Source: Patescibacteria group bacterium (GTDB lineage Bacteria > Patescibacteriota > WWE3 > UBA101185 > UBA10185). Taken from it: a DNA stretch of 64,000 bases. Shown in pieces: positions 37,673 through 47,572 of the stretch (the stretch's first letter is position 1; each line of letters begins with the position of its first letter). The translations under genes and the position numbers were made by a program. Location of the stretch: NCBI GenBank assembly GCA_049322215.1, contig JBMORU010000001.1, positions 900,023-964,022 on the forward strand, given 5' to 3'. The notes under the pieces are model-generated. The model did not search any database. It was not told where the DNA came from and was given only the letters and a program-made list of their open reading frames with translations.

Positions 37673-39062
37673 AAAAATTATTGTAATACTACCAATACTT
37701 ATAGTTGTAGTTCTTTTAAGCTACGGTGTATACGTAAAAAACAATACATCGCTCTTAACTATAAAACCAAATGTTGAACAAATAAAAAATAACAACCAAA
37801 ACCTAACGCCAAAAGAAAATGCACAAAACTATACTCAGCTAGTAACTTCTACACTTGAGGTTTCAGAAAAGTACAAAAAAGGAGTATTCGCAAGTCCAAA
37901 AGAACTTAACTTACCAAACGGGTTTAAAATTTCGGTATTTGCGGCAGGTTTGGTTAAACCAAGAGCAATAACTTTTGACGAAAACGGTACAATTTACATT
38001 ACCGACACAAACTTTAATGTGTCAAAAAGTAATGGGGGAGAGGTTTTTGCAATTATTGACACCAACGCTGACGGAGTAGCTGATGAAATAAATACTGTGG
38101 ATTCAAACTTAATACATCCGCACGGAATTGACTTATACAACGGAGATTTGTATGTGGGCGAAGAACATCAAATTATTGTTTACAGAAATATAAAGCCAAA
38201 TGGAGAATTTGATGAAAAAGAAACTTTAATACCAAATCTACCAAACGGAGTATCTTTTACTACAGGAAGTGGGCATGTTACTCGAACAGTAAAAGTAAAC
38301 AATGACAAAATTTACGTATCAGTTGGATCTTCATGTAATGTGTGTGAAGAGAAAGATCCAAAAAGAGCTGCAATTTTAAAATATTCAATAAATGGGGAAT
38401 TTGAAGAATACTTAGGAACTGGCCTTAGAAACTCTGTAGACTTTATTTTTGTGAATACATCTGAATTTACGCAAGAAATCTGGGCAGTAAATAATGGGCG
38501 AGACAGAATTGGAGACGATATTCCACCAGAAGAATTAAATGTTATAAGATTAGATGGTAACCAAACAACTAATCACTATGGATGGCCTTATTGTTACGGA
38601 CAAGGAATAAGTAATCCTGAATTCTCAAATAAAACAGCATTTTGCCAAAATGAAACGCACTACCCATTATACGAAATGCAGGCGCACTCAGCCCCCTTAG
38701 GTTTAAGTTTTCACGCTTACCGAAAATACGGAGACAGCGCTAAAACCTTTCCAGATGAAATAATATCTGATTTATTCATTGCCTATCATGGCTCATGGAA
38801 TAGAACAGTTCCAACAGGATACAAAATAGTAAGGTTAGATACGTCAGAATACTTTAAAAATCCCGAATACCACAAACAAAATTCTGACATTACAAAAACT
38901 ACCTTAAGTACACAACCTGTTAACTTCATAACAGGTTGGTTACAAGAAGATGGAAATGCCTGGGGAAGACCAGTAGATATAGACTTTGATTCTAAAGGCA
39001 TTATGTATATAACAGATGATAAAGCTGGCGCAATTTATAGAGTCGAATATGCAACAGAATAA
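37665..39062 (+). CDS. Soluble glucose/sorbosone dehydrogenase-like beta-propeller protein
   Basis: N-terminal TM. The motif HYGWPYCYG and repeated propeller blades such as TIYITD and IMYITDD are present. Confidence 0.5.
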   Translation: MHKKIIVILPILIVVVLLSYGVYVKNNTSLLTIKPNVEQIKNNNQNLTPKENAQNYTQLVTSTLEVSEKYKKGVFASPKELNLPNGFKISVFAAGLVKPRAITFDENGTIYITDTNFNVSKSNGGEVFAIIDTNADGVADEINTVDSNLIHPHGIDLYNGDLYVGEEHQIIVYRNIKPNGEFDEKETLIPNLPNGVSFTTGSGHVTRTVKVNNDKIYVSVGSSCNVCEEKDPKRAAILKYSINGEFEEYLGTGLRNSVDFIFVNTSEFTQEIWAVNNGRDRIGDDIPPEELNVIRLDGNQTTNHYGWPYCYGQGISNPEFSNKTAFCQNETHYPLYEMQAHSAPLGLSFHAYRKYGDSAKTFPDEIISDLFIAYHGSWNRTVPTGYKIVRLDTSEYFKNPEYHKQNSDITKTTLSTQPVNFITGWLQEDGNAWGRPVDIDFDSKGIMYITDDKAGAIYRVEYATE

Positions 39063-40411
39063 CCTGATTTTACAAGAAGTTGCCTAAAATTATCATCGTC
39101 AGACATTTTTTCCTTGATTATGTTAACTCTTTGAATTCTTGCTAAAGCTAGCGAGTTATCAATAGATTCCAACTCGTCATCTACTTCGTAAGCAGAACTA
39201 GTTCCATCTAAACTTTCCTGGCTCTCTAAAAGTGTTTGCTTTCGTGTTAATAACTCGGCAATTTGATGCGTACAGTCTACACAACCATACGTCGATTCAG
39301 CAGCTACATAGCGTTTATGCGCCTCTTCTATATTTGTTGAAAAATTTCTAGCGTTAAAGTGCTCATGTAACGCTGCATTTACCTCTGTATATTCGGGGTT
39401 TTCCGCAGGAAAAAGTTCATTTATTACTTTTTCGCTTTCATTGCGTTGCGCCGCAATAAACGAATCGGCAACACTCATCCAATCTAAAATTGCTGAAGCA
39501 ATTTCTTCTCTTCGATCTGGAGAAATGTTTTCTATTCCACTTTCAACATCATGACCTATTGAAATTCTTAACTCTCTAAATTCCGCCAAACTAGCTCTTT
39601 CATACTCATCATAATCTGTACTATTTCCAATATTCTCGCGTAAATCTACCATAGCTAGTAAAAAGGCTTCAAGTGAGGAAGAAGCTTCCAAATAGGGCTG
39701 TTCTGCAACTAGTGATTTTCTAAATTCACCTTTAAATTGTTTAAAGTACACATGTGGAAAAGTTGCTGCAATATCTTCTTGTACAGTTTCTAAGGTTAAA
39801 TTATTAAAAATCTTTTCACCGTCAGTAGTTACATAACGTTGTAAATGACTATAAATGTACTCTGCGCTAAGTTGCTCATTTCCTTTAGCAACATTTAAGT
39901 TTTGTAAAACCTGATTTTCTTGTATATCTGATTCAAAAGCTCCTCTATGTCTTGTTCTGAAACCTGAAACCTCATTATAATCAAAGTTTTGCTCTATATC
40001 ATGACCAAAACCATAGGCATACATTAAAACCAAGCGATAGTTTTCTACATCAGTTTGACTTGCAGAGTCCAAAAATTCCTGAGGCATACCATGCCTAGCC
40101 AACTGTGGAAACTGCTCAAACAAGTTAAGCATTAAACTTACTGATTTTTCAGCTACATAGCGAGAGTGCTCAACACCATGAAAAGGTAAATGTTGTTCAG
40201 TATATGGAATGTGGCCATCTTCAGCGACTTCTGCAGAGCCAAAGCGTTCTTGTAATTCATGTTCGAATATAGCAGAAACAAACTGGGGTACAGTTTCTAT
40301 TGAGTCTACTACTATTTCAGATTCAGGATTTTGCAACGCCTCTTCGATTAAAGTTAAATTTCTTGCAGGTTCTGAATCAATTAGGCTGTTAATTTCATCG
40401 GCTTCTGACAT
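39035..40411 (-). CDS. Acidic hypothetical protein (458 aa)
   Basis: ORF track. No motif recognised. Confidence 0.35.
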   Translation of the reverse strand: MSEADEINSLIDSEPARNLTLIEEALQNPESEIVVDSIETVPQFVSAIFEHELQERFGSAEVAEDGHIPYTEQHLPFHGVEHSRYVAEKSVSLMLNLFEQFPQLARHGMPQEFLDSASQTDVENYRLVLMYAYGFGHDIEQNFDYNEVSGFRTRHRGAFESDIQENQVLQNLNVAKGNEQLSAEYIYSHLQRYVTTDGEKIFNNLTLETVQEDIAATFPHVYFKQFKGEFRKSLVAEQPYLEASSSLEAFLLAMVDLRENIGNSTDYDEYERASLAEFRELRISIGHDVESGIENISPDRREEIASAILDWMSVADSFIAAQRNESEKVINELFPAENPEYTEVNAALHEHFNARNFSTNIEEAHKRYVAAESTYGCVDCTHQIAELLTRKQTLLESQESLDGTSSAYEVDDELESIDNSLALARIQRVNIIKEKMSDDDNFRQLLVKSGYSVAYSTL

Positions 40412-40451
40412 AAATAGTGAAACAATACTAATTTCTGTGTATTATTTTAGC

Positions 40452-40931
40452 ATGAAGAGCATAAAGCCAAGTTATCTTAGAAACGTTATATTTGGGGCAG
40501 AAGATAGCTTAGTTTCTACAGTAGGAGTATTGTTTGGAGTTTCAACAGCATTGCCTAACTATGAAACCATAGTTTTGACCGGCTTTGTAGTAATTGCCGT
40601 TGAAGCCTTATCTATGGGTGCCGGTGCATACTTATCTGAAATAGAAACTGAAGAGACCTTAAAAACAAAAAATGATACACCGGTTATAGATGGCTTACTA
40701 ATGTTTGTATCTTACTTTTTTGCAGGCTTTATCCCGTTGGCACCTTACGTGTTTTTTGAAATTGGCTATGCCCGTTTACTGTCTGTTGCACTTACAATAT
40801 TTTCTCTATTTATACTTGGCTATATACCTCAAAAAAGTTTAAAGGCAGCAATAAGAATGGCTGTGGTGGCAAGTTTAGCTGTGTTAATTGGGTTTTTAAT
40901 TGGAAATATATCTCCAGTTAATGCAATTTGA
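40452..40931 (+). CDS. VIT1/CCC1-family (DUF125-like) membrane protein, short form
   Basis: The start is set at MKSIKP to avoid a 200-nt overlap with the convergent gene. The segment GAEDSLVSTVGVLFGVSTA resembles the VIT-family signature. Confidence 0.5.
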   Translation: MKSIKPSYLRNVIFGAEDSLVSTVGVLFGVSTALPNYETIVLTGFVVIAVEALSMGAGAYLSEIETEETLKTKNDTPVIDGLLMFVSYFFAGFIPLAPYVFFEIGYARLLSVALTIFSLFILGYIPQKSLKAAIRMAVVASLAVLIGFLIGNISPVNAI

Positions 40932-40947
40932 AGTTGCAGTGTAGTTT

Positions 40948-41598
40948 ATGCTAAGCTTACATAGAACTCCTATGAGTATTAAAGCTGTCCATAAAAAGAA
41001 GTCAGTTAAGCTAGTTGCTCCAATAGCGTGGTTTGGAGCTATAAACGCAATAACTCTAGTAGGAGTTGTTTTTTTGATAATAACTTCGTTTTCCAAAGTT
41101 CCAGTTACAAATTTTAAATATTCAATATTTTCGGCTAAACCGTTAGTTTTGGGCGCTACTTCAAGTAGACTTGAAGGCGGAGATGCCCGAGCTGCAGCAA
41201 TTGACCAGTATTTTGATAGCTACAATTGTCCAATGGAAGATTTGGGAGAGGTATTTGTTAGAGAGGCTGATAAAAACAATATCCCTTATTGGTTAGTTGC
41301 AGCAGTATCTTTTCAAGAATCTAATTGTGGAAAAAAGACACCTGAGCCCGGCGGTGTAGAATCGTACAATGCCTGGGGTTGGGGAGTGTATGGCGATAAT
41401 GTTAAAATGTTTGACGACTGGGAACATGGCATTTCTGTAGTTTCCAAATATTTCAATGAAAAGTTTTATTCAAAGGGAATCACCGAACCTTGTGACATAA
41501 TGAAAATATATACGCCTCCATCTAAGGGTTCTTGGTGTGCTGGAATAGAATACTTTAGAGATGGCATTACACAGTACAGATCCCCAAATTCTGAATAA
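40948..41598 (+). CDS. Secreted putative cell-wall hydrolase (glucosaminidase-like), paralog 1
   Basis: N-terminal TM. VAAVSFQESNCGKK...NAWGWGVYGDN resembles the FlgJ/glucosaminidase-domain pattern. Confidence 0.35.
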   Translation: MLSLHRTPMSIKAVHKKKSVKLVAPIAWFGAINAITLVGVVFLIITSFSKVPVTNFKYSIFSAKPLVLGATSSRLEGGDARAAAIDQYFDSYNCPMEDLGEVFVREADKNNIPYWLVAAVSFQESNCGKKTPEPGGVESYNAWGWGVYGDNVKMFDDWEHGISVVSKYFNEKFYSKGITEPCDIMKIYTPPSKGSWCAGIEYFRDGITQYRSPNSE

Positions 41599-41706
41599 CC
41601 TATAGTTTGCTAAGTGTGTTAAAAATGTTATAATATATTGAAGTAAAGCATACTTTTAATTTCCCTAAACAATAAGTAAATAGATAAAGACACGTTTAGA
41701 CGTTAT

Positions 41707-42270
41707 TTGTGTGCTTATAAATATATGCTTAACATAAGTAATGCAATACAATCTATACTGTTACCTCCAGCCATCGTTACAATGATGGCATTTGGTAATG
41801 TAAGTACTTCCACAGAAGTGGAAGTGAAAAATATGGAATTTAACATAGAAGCCTCTAAGGTTGATAGAGTAGAGGTATTAAAAAATTTCTTTGCAAAATA
41901 TGATTCCCCATTAGTTGATCATAGCGACACTTTTGTGCAAGTAGCCGATTTATACGGAATAGACTATAAACTTTTACCCGCAATTTCATGTATGGAATCT
42001 ACATGTGGAAAATTTATGCCCTACAACTCTAACAATGCTTTTGGATGGGGAGTTTATGGTGGAAATTATATTTCATTTGAAACACATGACGAGGCTATAC
42101 AAACGGTAGGTGAAGGCTTAAACAAAAACTACTTTTCTAAAGGTTTAGACACAATTGAAGAGATTGCACCAGTTTACACACCTCCAAACTCACATAACTG
42201 GGCAAATGGTGTTAGATTTTTTACATCTCAAATGGATGAAATTGAACAAACACATAAGCCACAATCATAA
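41707..42270 (+). CDS. Secreted putative cell-wall hydrolase (glucosaminidase-like), paralog 2
   Basis: ISCMESTCGKF...NAFGWGVYGGN...YTPP, paralogous to 40948..41598. Confidence 0.35.
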   Translation: MCAYKYMLNISNAIQSILLPPAIVTMMAFGNVSTSTEVEVKNMEFNIEASKVDRVEVLKNFFAKYDSPLVDHSDTFVQVADLYGIDYKLLPAISCMESTCGKFMPYNSNNAFGWGVYGGNYISFETHDEAIQTVGEGLNKNYFSKGLDTIEEIAPVYTPPNSHNWANGVRFFTSQMDEIEQTHKPQS

Positions 42271-42314
42271 GGGCATGCTACCTAGTATTAACTAAAGCAA
42301 CATACCCAAATAAA

Positions 42315-42887
42315 CTAAGCTTCATTTTCATCCCTAAGTTCCTTTTTAAAGGCATTATCATCTGCTGTTTGCGACATAAAGGTCAAAGCTGCAGGATCGT
42401 TGCTATTAACAAGCTCTAAAAACCTAGGAATAAAAAGCTTTTTAAACGTAAAAACGTTAAACTTAGATGGTACAAAATCAACACCCAATAAGTCGTAAAA
42501 ATCTTCACGACCATCTTTTGGAATCAACATAGGCCATATTCCCATTAAAATCAAACTTTGCATTAACGGGTTTATCGACATTTTATGTCCCTCAATACCA
42601 AATTTGTGCTCAATAAAATCCGTTAATTTTTGTAACTCATTGTTGGAATAGTACTCAGCAACTTTAACTAGCTCAAGTGCAGATAAAGAGTTTAGTATTC
42701 TTAAACTCATTGCTTCGGGGTCGTTTTGCTCAGTTTCTGTTCGGTTTGGAAATAGTAAAACTTCCAACGGGCCTAATGTTCCACCTAAAGCAACATAAAG
42801 ACGTAAAACAACCCAAATCAGTAACAGAAACAAAATTCCAAAAAGGCACAATACACCAGTAATGAAATATGCCACTAGCTCACTCAT
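42315..42887 (-). CDS. Membrane-anchored hypothetical protein
   Basis: ORF with an N-terminal TM. Confidence 0.35.
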   Translation of the reverse strand: MSELVAYFITGVLCLFGILFLLLIWVVLRLYVALGGTLGPLEVLLFPNRTETEQNDPEAMSLRILNSLSALELVKVAEYYSNNELQKLTDFIEHKFGIEGHKMSINPLMQSLILMGIWPMLIPKDGREDFYDLLGVDFVPSKFNVFTFKKLFIPRFLELVNSNDPAALTFMSQTADDNAFKKELRDENEA

Positions 42888-43006
42888 AATTTGTCTCCTT
42901 TATTTGTTGATATGGCAAAGATTTGTATAGCAATTTTACTATATTTTGCCAAAAAACGTTATAGATGTAGCCTTAGCTAGCTAAGTAGTATATAATCTCT
43001 CTGCTT

Positions 43007-43091
43007 GGGCAAGTGGCGGAATTGGTATACGCGCATGTCTTAGGAACATGTGCCTCACGGCGTGTGGGTTCGAGTCCCACCTTGCCCACCA
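43007..43091 (+). tRNA. tRNA-Leu (anticodon TAG), long variable arm
   Basis: The acceptor stem GGGCAAG/CTTGCCC closes with ACCA. The anticodon stem-loop reads CATGT-CTTAGGA-ACATG. The T-arm reads GGTTCGAGTCC. Confidence 0.8.
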
Positions 43092-43142
43092 CAGCAACAA
43101 TTAACTTAACCTTAACATCCTCAATAATGCTATAGTTATGAT

Positions 43143-43643
43143 ATGAAAACAAAAAAGGTAATATTAGGTATTCTTGTTGGGATAGTTTTAGGTTTTACTG
43201 TCGCATCATTTGTCCTTTCACCAAAAACACAAACAAAAATAGAAACCTCTAAAAATCCTGATATAGAAAAATGGTATGAAGTAGCAGAAAACTCAAAGTA
43301 TAAAATATTTACCGGAAGTGCACGCTATGCTTCAACAAGTACTACCATAGTATTAGACTTGGAAAAAAACTTGCTTTTAGTACCTAATAAATCGTGCGAA
43401 GTAAAAATTCCAACTGAACTAAAACAAAAAGAAACAAGCTATTTTTATAACGATAGTGTGGGAATAATAAAACTTGGACCCTACAAATCTATTTTTGCTT
43501 CACAAGACGGCGAAGAATTTGTGCAAAAAGTGCAAAATGCGGGATGTCTGGCTGAAGAAGGAAGAATTACTTTGAGTACTGATGAAACTAAAGGTGCAGT
43601 CGACTGTACAATAGCCATAGAGTATAAACACTTGGGATGCTAG
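43143..43643 (+). CDS. Secreted hypothetical protein
   Basis: ORF with a signal or TM segment. Cysteines are present. Confidence 0.35.
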   Translation: MKTKKVILGILVGIVLGFTVASFVLSPKTQTKIETSKNPDIEKWYEVAENSKYKIFTGSARYASTSTTIVLDLEKNLLLVPNKSCEVKIPTELKQKETSYFYNDSVGIIKLGPYKSIFASQDGEEFVQKVQNAGCLAEEGRITLSTDETKGAVDCTIAIEYKHLGC

Positions 43644-43703
43644 ATAAAGAAATGAATGAAGTGAGAGCTTTGTGAATAAAACTCCCACTACATTCACTAT
43701 TTT

Positions 43704-44519
43704 TCACCAACCAACTCTTCTAATTACAAGGTCATAACCAACAAGCTTAACTGCTTCATGGGCAACCTTATATGCATCTGACTGAGTAAACCCAACAGCA
43801 TACAGCATATCTTTTGAGTCAAAGCTGATATTACCGTTTAAACGAGGTGGGCGACTTGCATATAAAAGAACCCCGGGCTTGGCCAAAGCAACCATTATCC
43901 AGTCCTTATGCTTCACCAAATGTACTTCTTTCCAACGTACATTATTTGCTATTGACACTGCATTTAAAAATAACTGGGTAAAAAAGCTCAATAGCAAATT
44001 GCCGCTAATAGCATAAACCAATACAAAGAGAAATCCTGCAAAAGTGTGATCTAAAAATTCCTCTAAAAAAGAATCCCCCTTTTTGTATTTTTTAGCATTT
44101 GCAATAAACGTAAGCCAAATTCCAAATGCTAAAGAAACTACCAACAAAGCGTTAAAGTTAACTAAATATTCAAGTGCAAGCGAATATAAAGTACCTCGAA
44201 ACGCTAGCGTTTCAAGAATAACCCCTGGAATAACAATGCTCCAAAAGTTCTTCATTCTCAAAACCTCAGTAATGCTCCTATAGTCATTGCGATGAGATAT
44301 ATAACCTTTGCCTCTGGTAAAGACTTTATAGTACATAAAGCTTTTGAGTTCAGGCCCAATAGCTATAAAGACTACCGACAAAATCGTAATACTGTTAAGC
44401 TCGGGTAACTTTACCAAGTGCACACTTGGTAAAGCCAGAAAAACTAGCAACCCATACATTAGCAGCTTCGCAAGCCTGCTTGGCAAACCTTTTCTAACCA
44501 AAAATGTGTATAAAGTCAT
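43704..44519 (-). CDS. Polytopic membrane hypothetical protein
   Basis: ORF of 271 aa with multiple TM helices. Confidence 0.35.
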   Translation of the reverse strand: MTLYTFLVRKGLPSRLAKLLMYGLLVFLALPSVHLVKLPELNSITILSVVFIAIGPELKSFMYYKVFTRGKGYISHRNDYRSITEVLRMKNFWSIVIPGVILETLAFRGTLYSLALEYLVNFNALLVVSLAFGIWLTFIANAKKYKKGDSFLEEFLDHTFAGFLFVLVYAISGNLLLSFFTQLFLNAVSIANNVRWKEVHLVKHKDWIMVALAKPGVLLYASRPPRLNGNISFDSKDMLYAVGFTQSDAYKVAHEAVKLVGYDLVIRRVGW

Positions 44520-44665
44520 TTTGTCTCCTTAATCTGCTTTAATCACCTTTACTTGTATTGTTAGTTTTGCTTATTTATATGGTAGAATACCACAGTTAGA
44601 CGGCATATTGCAGAGCCGAAAAATAAAAAATCAATCAAATTCTGCATAAAATTTAAAAAAACTAT

Positions 44666-45571
44666 ATGGAAATAAAAGTAGAAAAAAACCCAAAATCAAC
44701 ACTAAAACTTACAATAACTGTAGAAAAAGAAAAAGTATCTGATGCATACAATTCAGTTGTAACAAAGTTTGTGGAAGAAGCTGAACTCCCAGGGTTTAGA
44801 AAAGGCAAAGCGCCAAAAGATACTGTAATGAAAAATACAGATATTTCTAAAATTCATGGTGAAGTTATAAACGAACTGCTACAAACATATTATGTTCAAG
44901 CAGTAAGAGAAAAACACGTTTCTGCTATTTCTAGCCCAAAAATAGAAATAAACGAATTTGAGCTTGAAAAAGATTTTACTTTCACAGCTACAGTAGCAGT
45001 TAAACCTGAAATCAAGATTGGTGCGTATAAAAACACGTTAAAGAAGCTTCAAAAAGAGAAAACTGAACAAGCAGAAAAAGAAGTTAAAAAAACCAATGAA
45101 GAAAGGCTTAAAAAGGGCGAAAAACTCGAAGAGGCACATGTTCATTTAACTGTAGATGAAATAATTGGTGCTATTTTAGACGTAACAGAAATTGAAGTTG
45201 CAGACGTATTAATAGAGGAAGAAACCGACCGAATGATTGCCCGCTTAATTGATCAGGCTCAAACAATTGGAATGTCGCTGGAGCAATACTTACACGCTCA
45301 AAACAAGTCAGGTGAAGAATTAAGAAAAGAATACGCAAAAATTGCAGAAAGAAACATAAAAGCTGAATTTGCTCTTAACCAATTAATTGAAGATGAAAAG
45401 GTTGAAATACCTGAAACCGAAATTGATGCAGCAATAAGCGCAGCGGGAGATCCTGAAACAGTTCAAAAACTCCAGGAACCCGGTCAGAGATGGTATATTA
45501 AAACTATTCTTGCTAAAAACAAGTTGCTTCAAAAGTTAATTGAAGAAGCAGAAGGAGAAAAACATGCATAA
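44666..45571 (+). CDS. tig: Trigger factor, short form lacking the PPIase domain
   Basis: The N-terminal ribosome-binding signature GFRKGKAP is present. A C-terminal chaperone-like domain is present. At 301 aa there is no room for an FKBP domain. The gene lies immediately upstream of clpP, which it overlaps. Confidence 0.75.
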   Translation: MEIKVEKNPKSTLKLTITVEKEKVSDAYNSVVTKFVEEAELPGFRKGKAPKDTVMKNTDISKIHGEVINELLQTYYVQAVREKHVSAISSPKIEINEFELEKDFTFTATVAVKPEIKIGAYKNTLKKLQKEKTEQAEKEVKKTNEERLKKGEKLEEAHVHLTVDEIIGAILDVTEIEVADVLIEEETDRMIARLIDQAQTIGMSLEQYLHAQNKSGEELRKEYAKIAERNIKAEFALNQLIEDEKVEIPETEIDAAISAAGDPETVQKLQEPGQRWYIKTILAKNKLLQKLIEEAEGEKHA

Positions 45572-46172
45572 CAATAACGTTTTAGTTCCAGTTGTAGTTG
45601 AAAAAGACCCTAACGGTTTTGAAAGATCTTACGATATATATTCAAGGCTTTTAAAAGACTTTATTATTTTTGTTACTGGGCCTATTGATATGGCTACCGC
45701 AAACACATTTATTGCACAAATGCTGTTTTTACAAAGTAATGATCCCGATAGAGATATAAATATATATATTAACTCCGGGGGAGGCGTAACATACGCGGGT
45801 AAAGCAATGTATGACACTATAAAACATGTAAAAAACGATGTTTCTACAATAAATGTAGGGCTTGCAGCATCAGCAGCAGCTTTAATTTTGTGCGCAGGAA
45901 CAAAAGGCAAACGATATGCACTGCCACACTCTAAAGCTATGATCCATCAAACCAGAATAATGGGTGGCGGTATTGAAGGTACTGCAACAGATATTGAAAT
46001 TGAAGCACGCGAGATGATAAAAAGCAAAGAAACATATGCTAAATTAATTTCAGAAAACACCGGACAAAAATACGACAAGGTTATTAAAGATATTGAACGT
46101 GATTTATGGATGGACGGAGATGAAGCTTTAAAGTACGGGTTAATTGATAAAATTCATACTCCTGAAAAATAA
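45564..46172 (+). CDS. clpP: ATP-dependent Clp protease proteolytic subunit
   Basis: ERSYDIYSRLLKDRIIF...INSGGGVTYAG...MIHQ matches the ClpP core around the catalytic Ser/His/Asp. A GAAGGAG RBS precedes the ATG. Confidence 0.9.
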   Translation: MHNNNVLVPVVVEKDPNGFERSYDIYSRLLKDFIIFVTGPIDMATANTFIAQMLFLQSNDPDRDINIYINSGGGVTYAGKAMYDTIKHVKNDVSTINVGLAASAAALILCAGTKGKRYALPHSKAMIHQTRIMGGGIEGTATDIEIEAREMIKSKETYAKLISENTGQKYDKVIKDIERDLWMDGDEALKYGLIDKIHTPEK

Positions 46173-46188
46173 GGTTTGCTATTAGTTG

Positions 46189-46264
46189 GGTCGGTTAGCT
46201 CAGCTGGTAGAGCGCTTCAGTGACATTGAAGAGGCCGCAGGTTCAAGTCCTGCACCGACCACCA
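46189..46264 (+). tRNA. tRNA-Val (anticodon GAC)
   Basis: The acceptor stem GGTCGGT/ACCGACC closes with ACCA. U8 and A9 are present. The anticodon stem-loop reads CTTCA-GTGACAT-TGAAG. The T-arm reads GGTTCAAGTCC. Confidence 0.8.
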
Positions 46265-46285
46265 ACATAGTGATATACTTTTGTC

Positions 46286-47527
46286 ATGAATGCTGAGGTA
46301 ACAGAACAAAATACGCAAAACCCTAACACCCTGTCTACAGAAAACTCAGAACAGCAAAACGTTAAAAAGCACGCTAAAAAAATACTTTTTATACTCGCGC
46401 TAATCATTTTACTGGGAAGTGGTTTATTAGGGGTCATCGCATACTTTAGCCAGGCACAAAAAAATCTAAGCACAAAAAGATCTACAGAGGAAAACAAAAA
46501 TTTAGTAAACTCAACCCCTCAAACAACCGAAACCACGCAAAGTGAAAATCCCACCAATGAGACTTTTAATACAGTTACAAGTAAACAAGCAGCCTATACA
46601 GACGAAATTTTAGGTATAAAACTAAATTACGACGCGACAATTTTTGATGAGTTAATAACAGGGGAAATTAAAACGGTAGAAAGTACGTCAGCTACATTTG
46701 TTGTTCAACAAAACTCACAAGCAAACTTTCAAGCATTTCACGTGTTTATAGGAAAAAACCCCAATAATGAAACTTTTACTCAATGGCTGCTAGACTCAAA
46801 CACAATTCAACCATCAACAGCAGGTCAAGCAATAAATATAAAGGAGTTGGCAAAAACTACAACTTTTAGCTTGGACAATAAACCAAAATTTGCAAAAGAT
46901 ACGTACCAATTAGTAACAAACCCAAATATAAAACTTGTTGGGGTAATTAACAAAGGAAGCAACTTTATTTTACTAGGGACTGAAAACGTAAATGCAAACG
47001 ATGCCTTTATATCTACTACGTTTAACAGTTTGAGACCCATAAATAACGACGACTCTTTAAATAGCACTGCATCTTTTTCTTTAGAACTGCCGTTGCTACC
47101 AAACGAGTTTAGCTGGACGTCAGACCAAACCAAAAACATAGTATCAATTGCAAGAACCGCATTCCAAACAGGACAAACTACTAAAGAAATAGAGGGTATT
47201 ACCTGGAGTACAGCAGCAAAAGCAAACACAAACGAAGACGCTCTGGAAATAGTGCAAGCATTTAGAAAATATTATGAATACAGCACCTGGGATAATGGTT
47301 GGACAAGTAGAAAAGAAACTGAAGGTTACACTTTAACAAAGGGTAAGTCAGAAAGCCCAATTTCGTATAGTGCAGGTAAAATTGGCACAATTGGATCAAA
47401 TGCTAGAGTAATAGAATACAAATATAAAGTTAACGATGCCCAGACAGAAGATTTGAATATACAGTGCCCTTGTGAAGTAGCATTATCGGTATTTGTAAGT
47501 AATATTATTGATTTAAATACTTTATAA
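46286..47527 (+). CDS. Membrane-anchored extracytoplasmic hypothetical protein
   Basis: 413 aa with an N-terminal TM. It is T/N/Q-rich. Confidence 0.4.
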   Translation: MNAEVTEQNTQNPNTLSTENSEQQNVKKHAKKILFILALIILLGSGLLGVIAYFSQAQKNLSTKRSTEENKNLVNSTPQTTETTQSENPTNETFNTVTSKQAAYTDEILGIKLNYDATIFDELITGEIKTVESTSATFVVQQNSQANFQAFHVFIGKNPNNETFTQWLLDSNTIQPSTAGQAINIKELAKTTTFSLDNKPKFAKDTYQLVTNPNIKLVGVINKGSNFILLGTENVNANDAFISTTFNSLRPINNDDSLNSTASFSLELPLLPNEFSWTSDQTKNIVSIARTAFQTGQTTKEIEGITWSTAAKANTNEDALEIVQAFRKYYEYSTWDNGWTSRKETEGYTLTKGKSESPISYSAGKIGTIGSNARVIEYKYKVNDAQTEDLNIQCPCEVALSVFVSNIIDLNTL

Positions 47528-47572
47528 CCTAATACGTCTTGCTACGAGTATTTCCTCTGTTATAATTCAACA

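Noticed and set aside
40209-40451. Upstream extension of the VIT-family ORF
   Set aside because: It would overlap the convergent 39035..40411 gene by about 200 nt. The conserved domain begins at the internal Met.
46243-46497. Minus-strand ORF of 84 aa
   Set aside because: It overlaps tRNA-Val and is antisense to the 5' end of the 46286..47527 gene.
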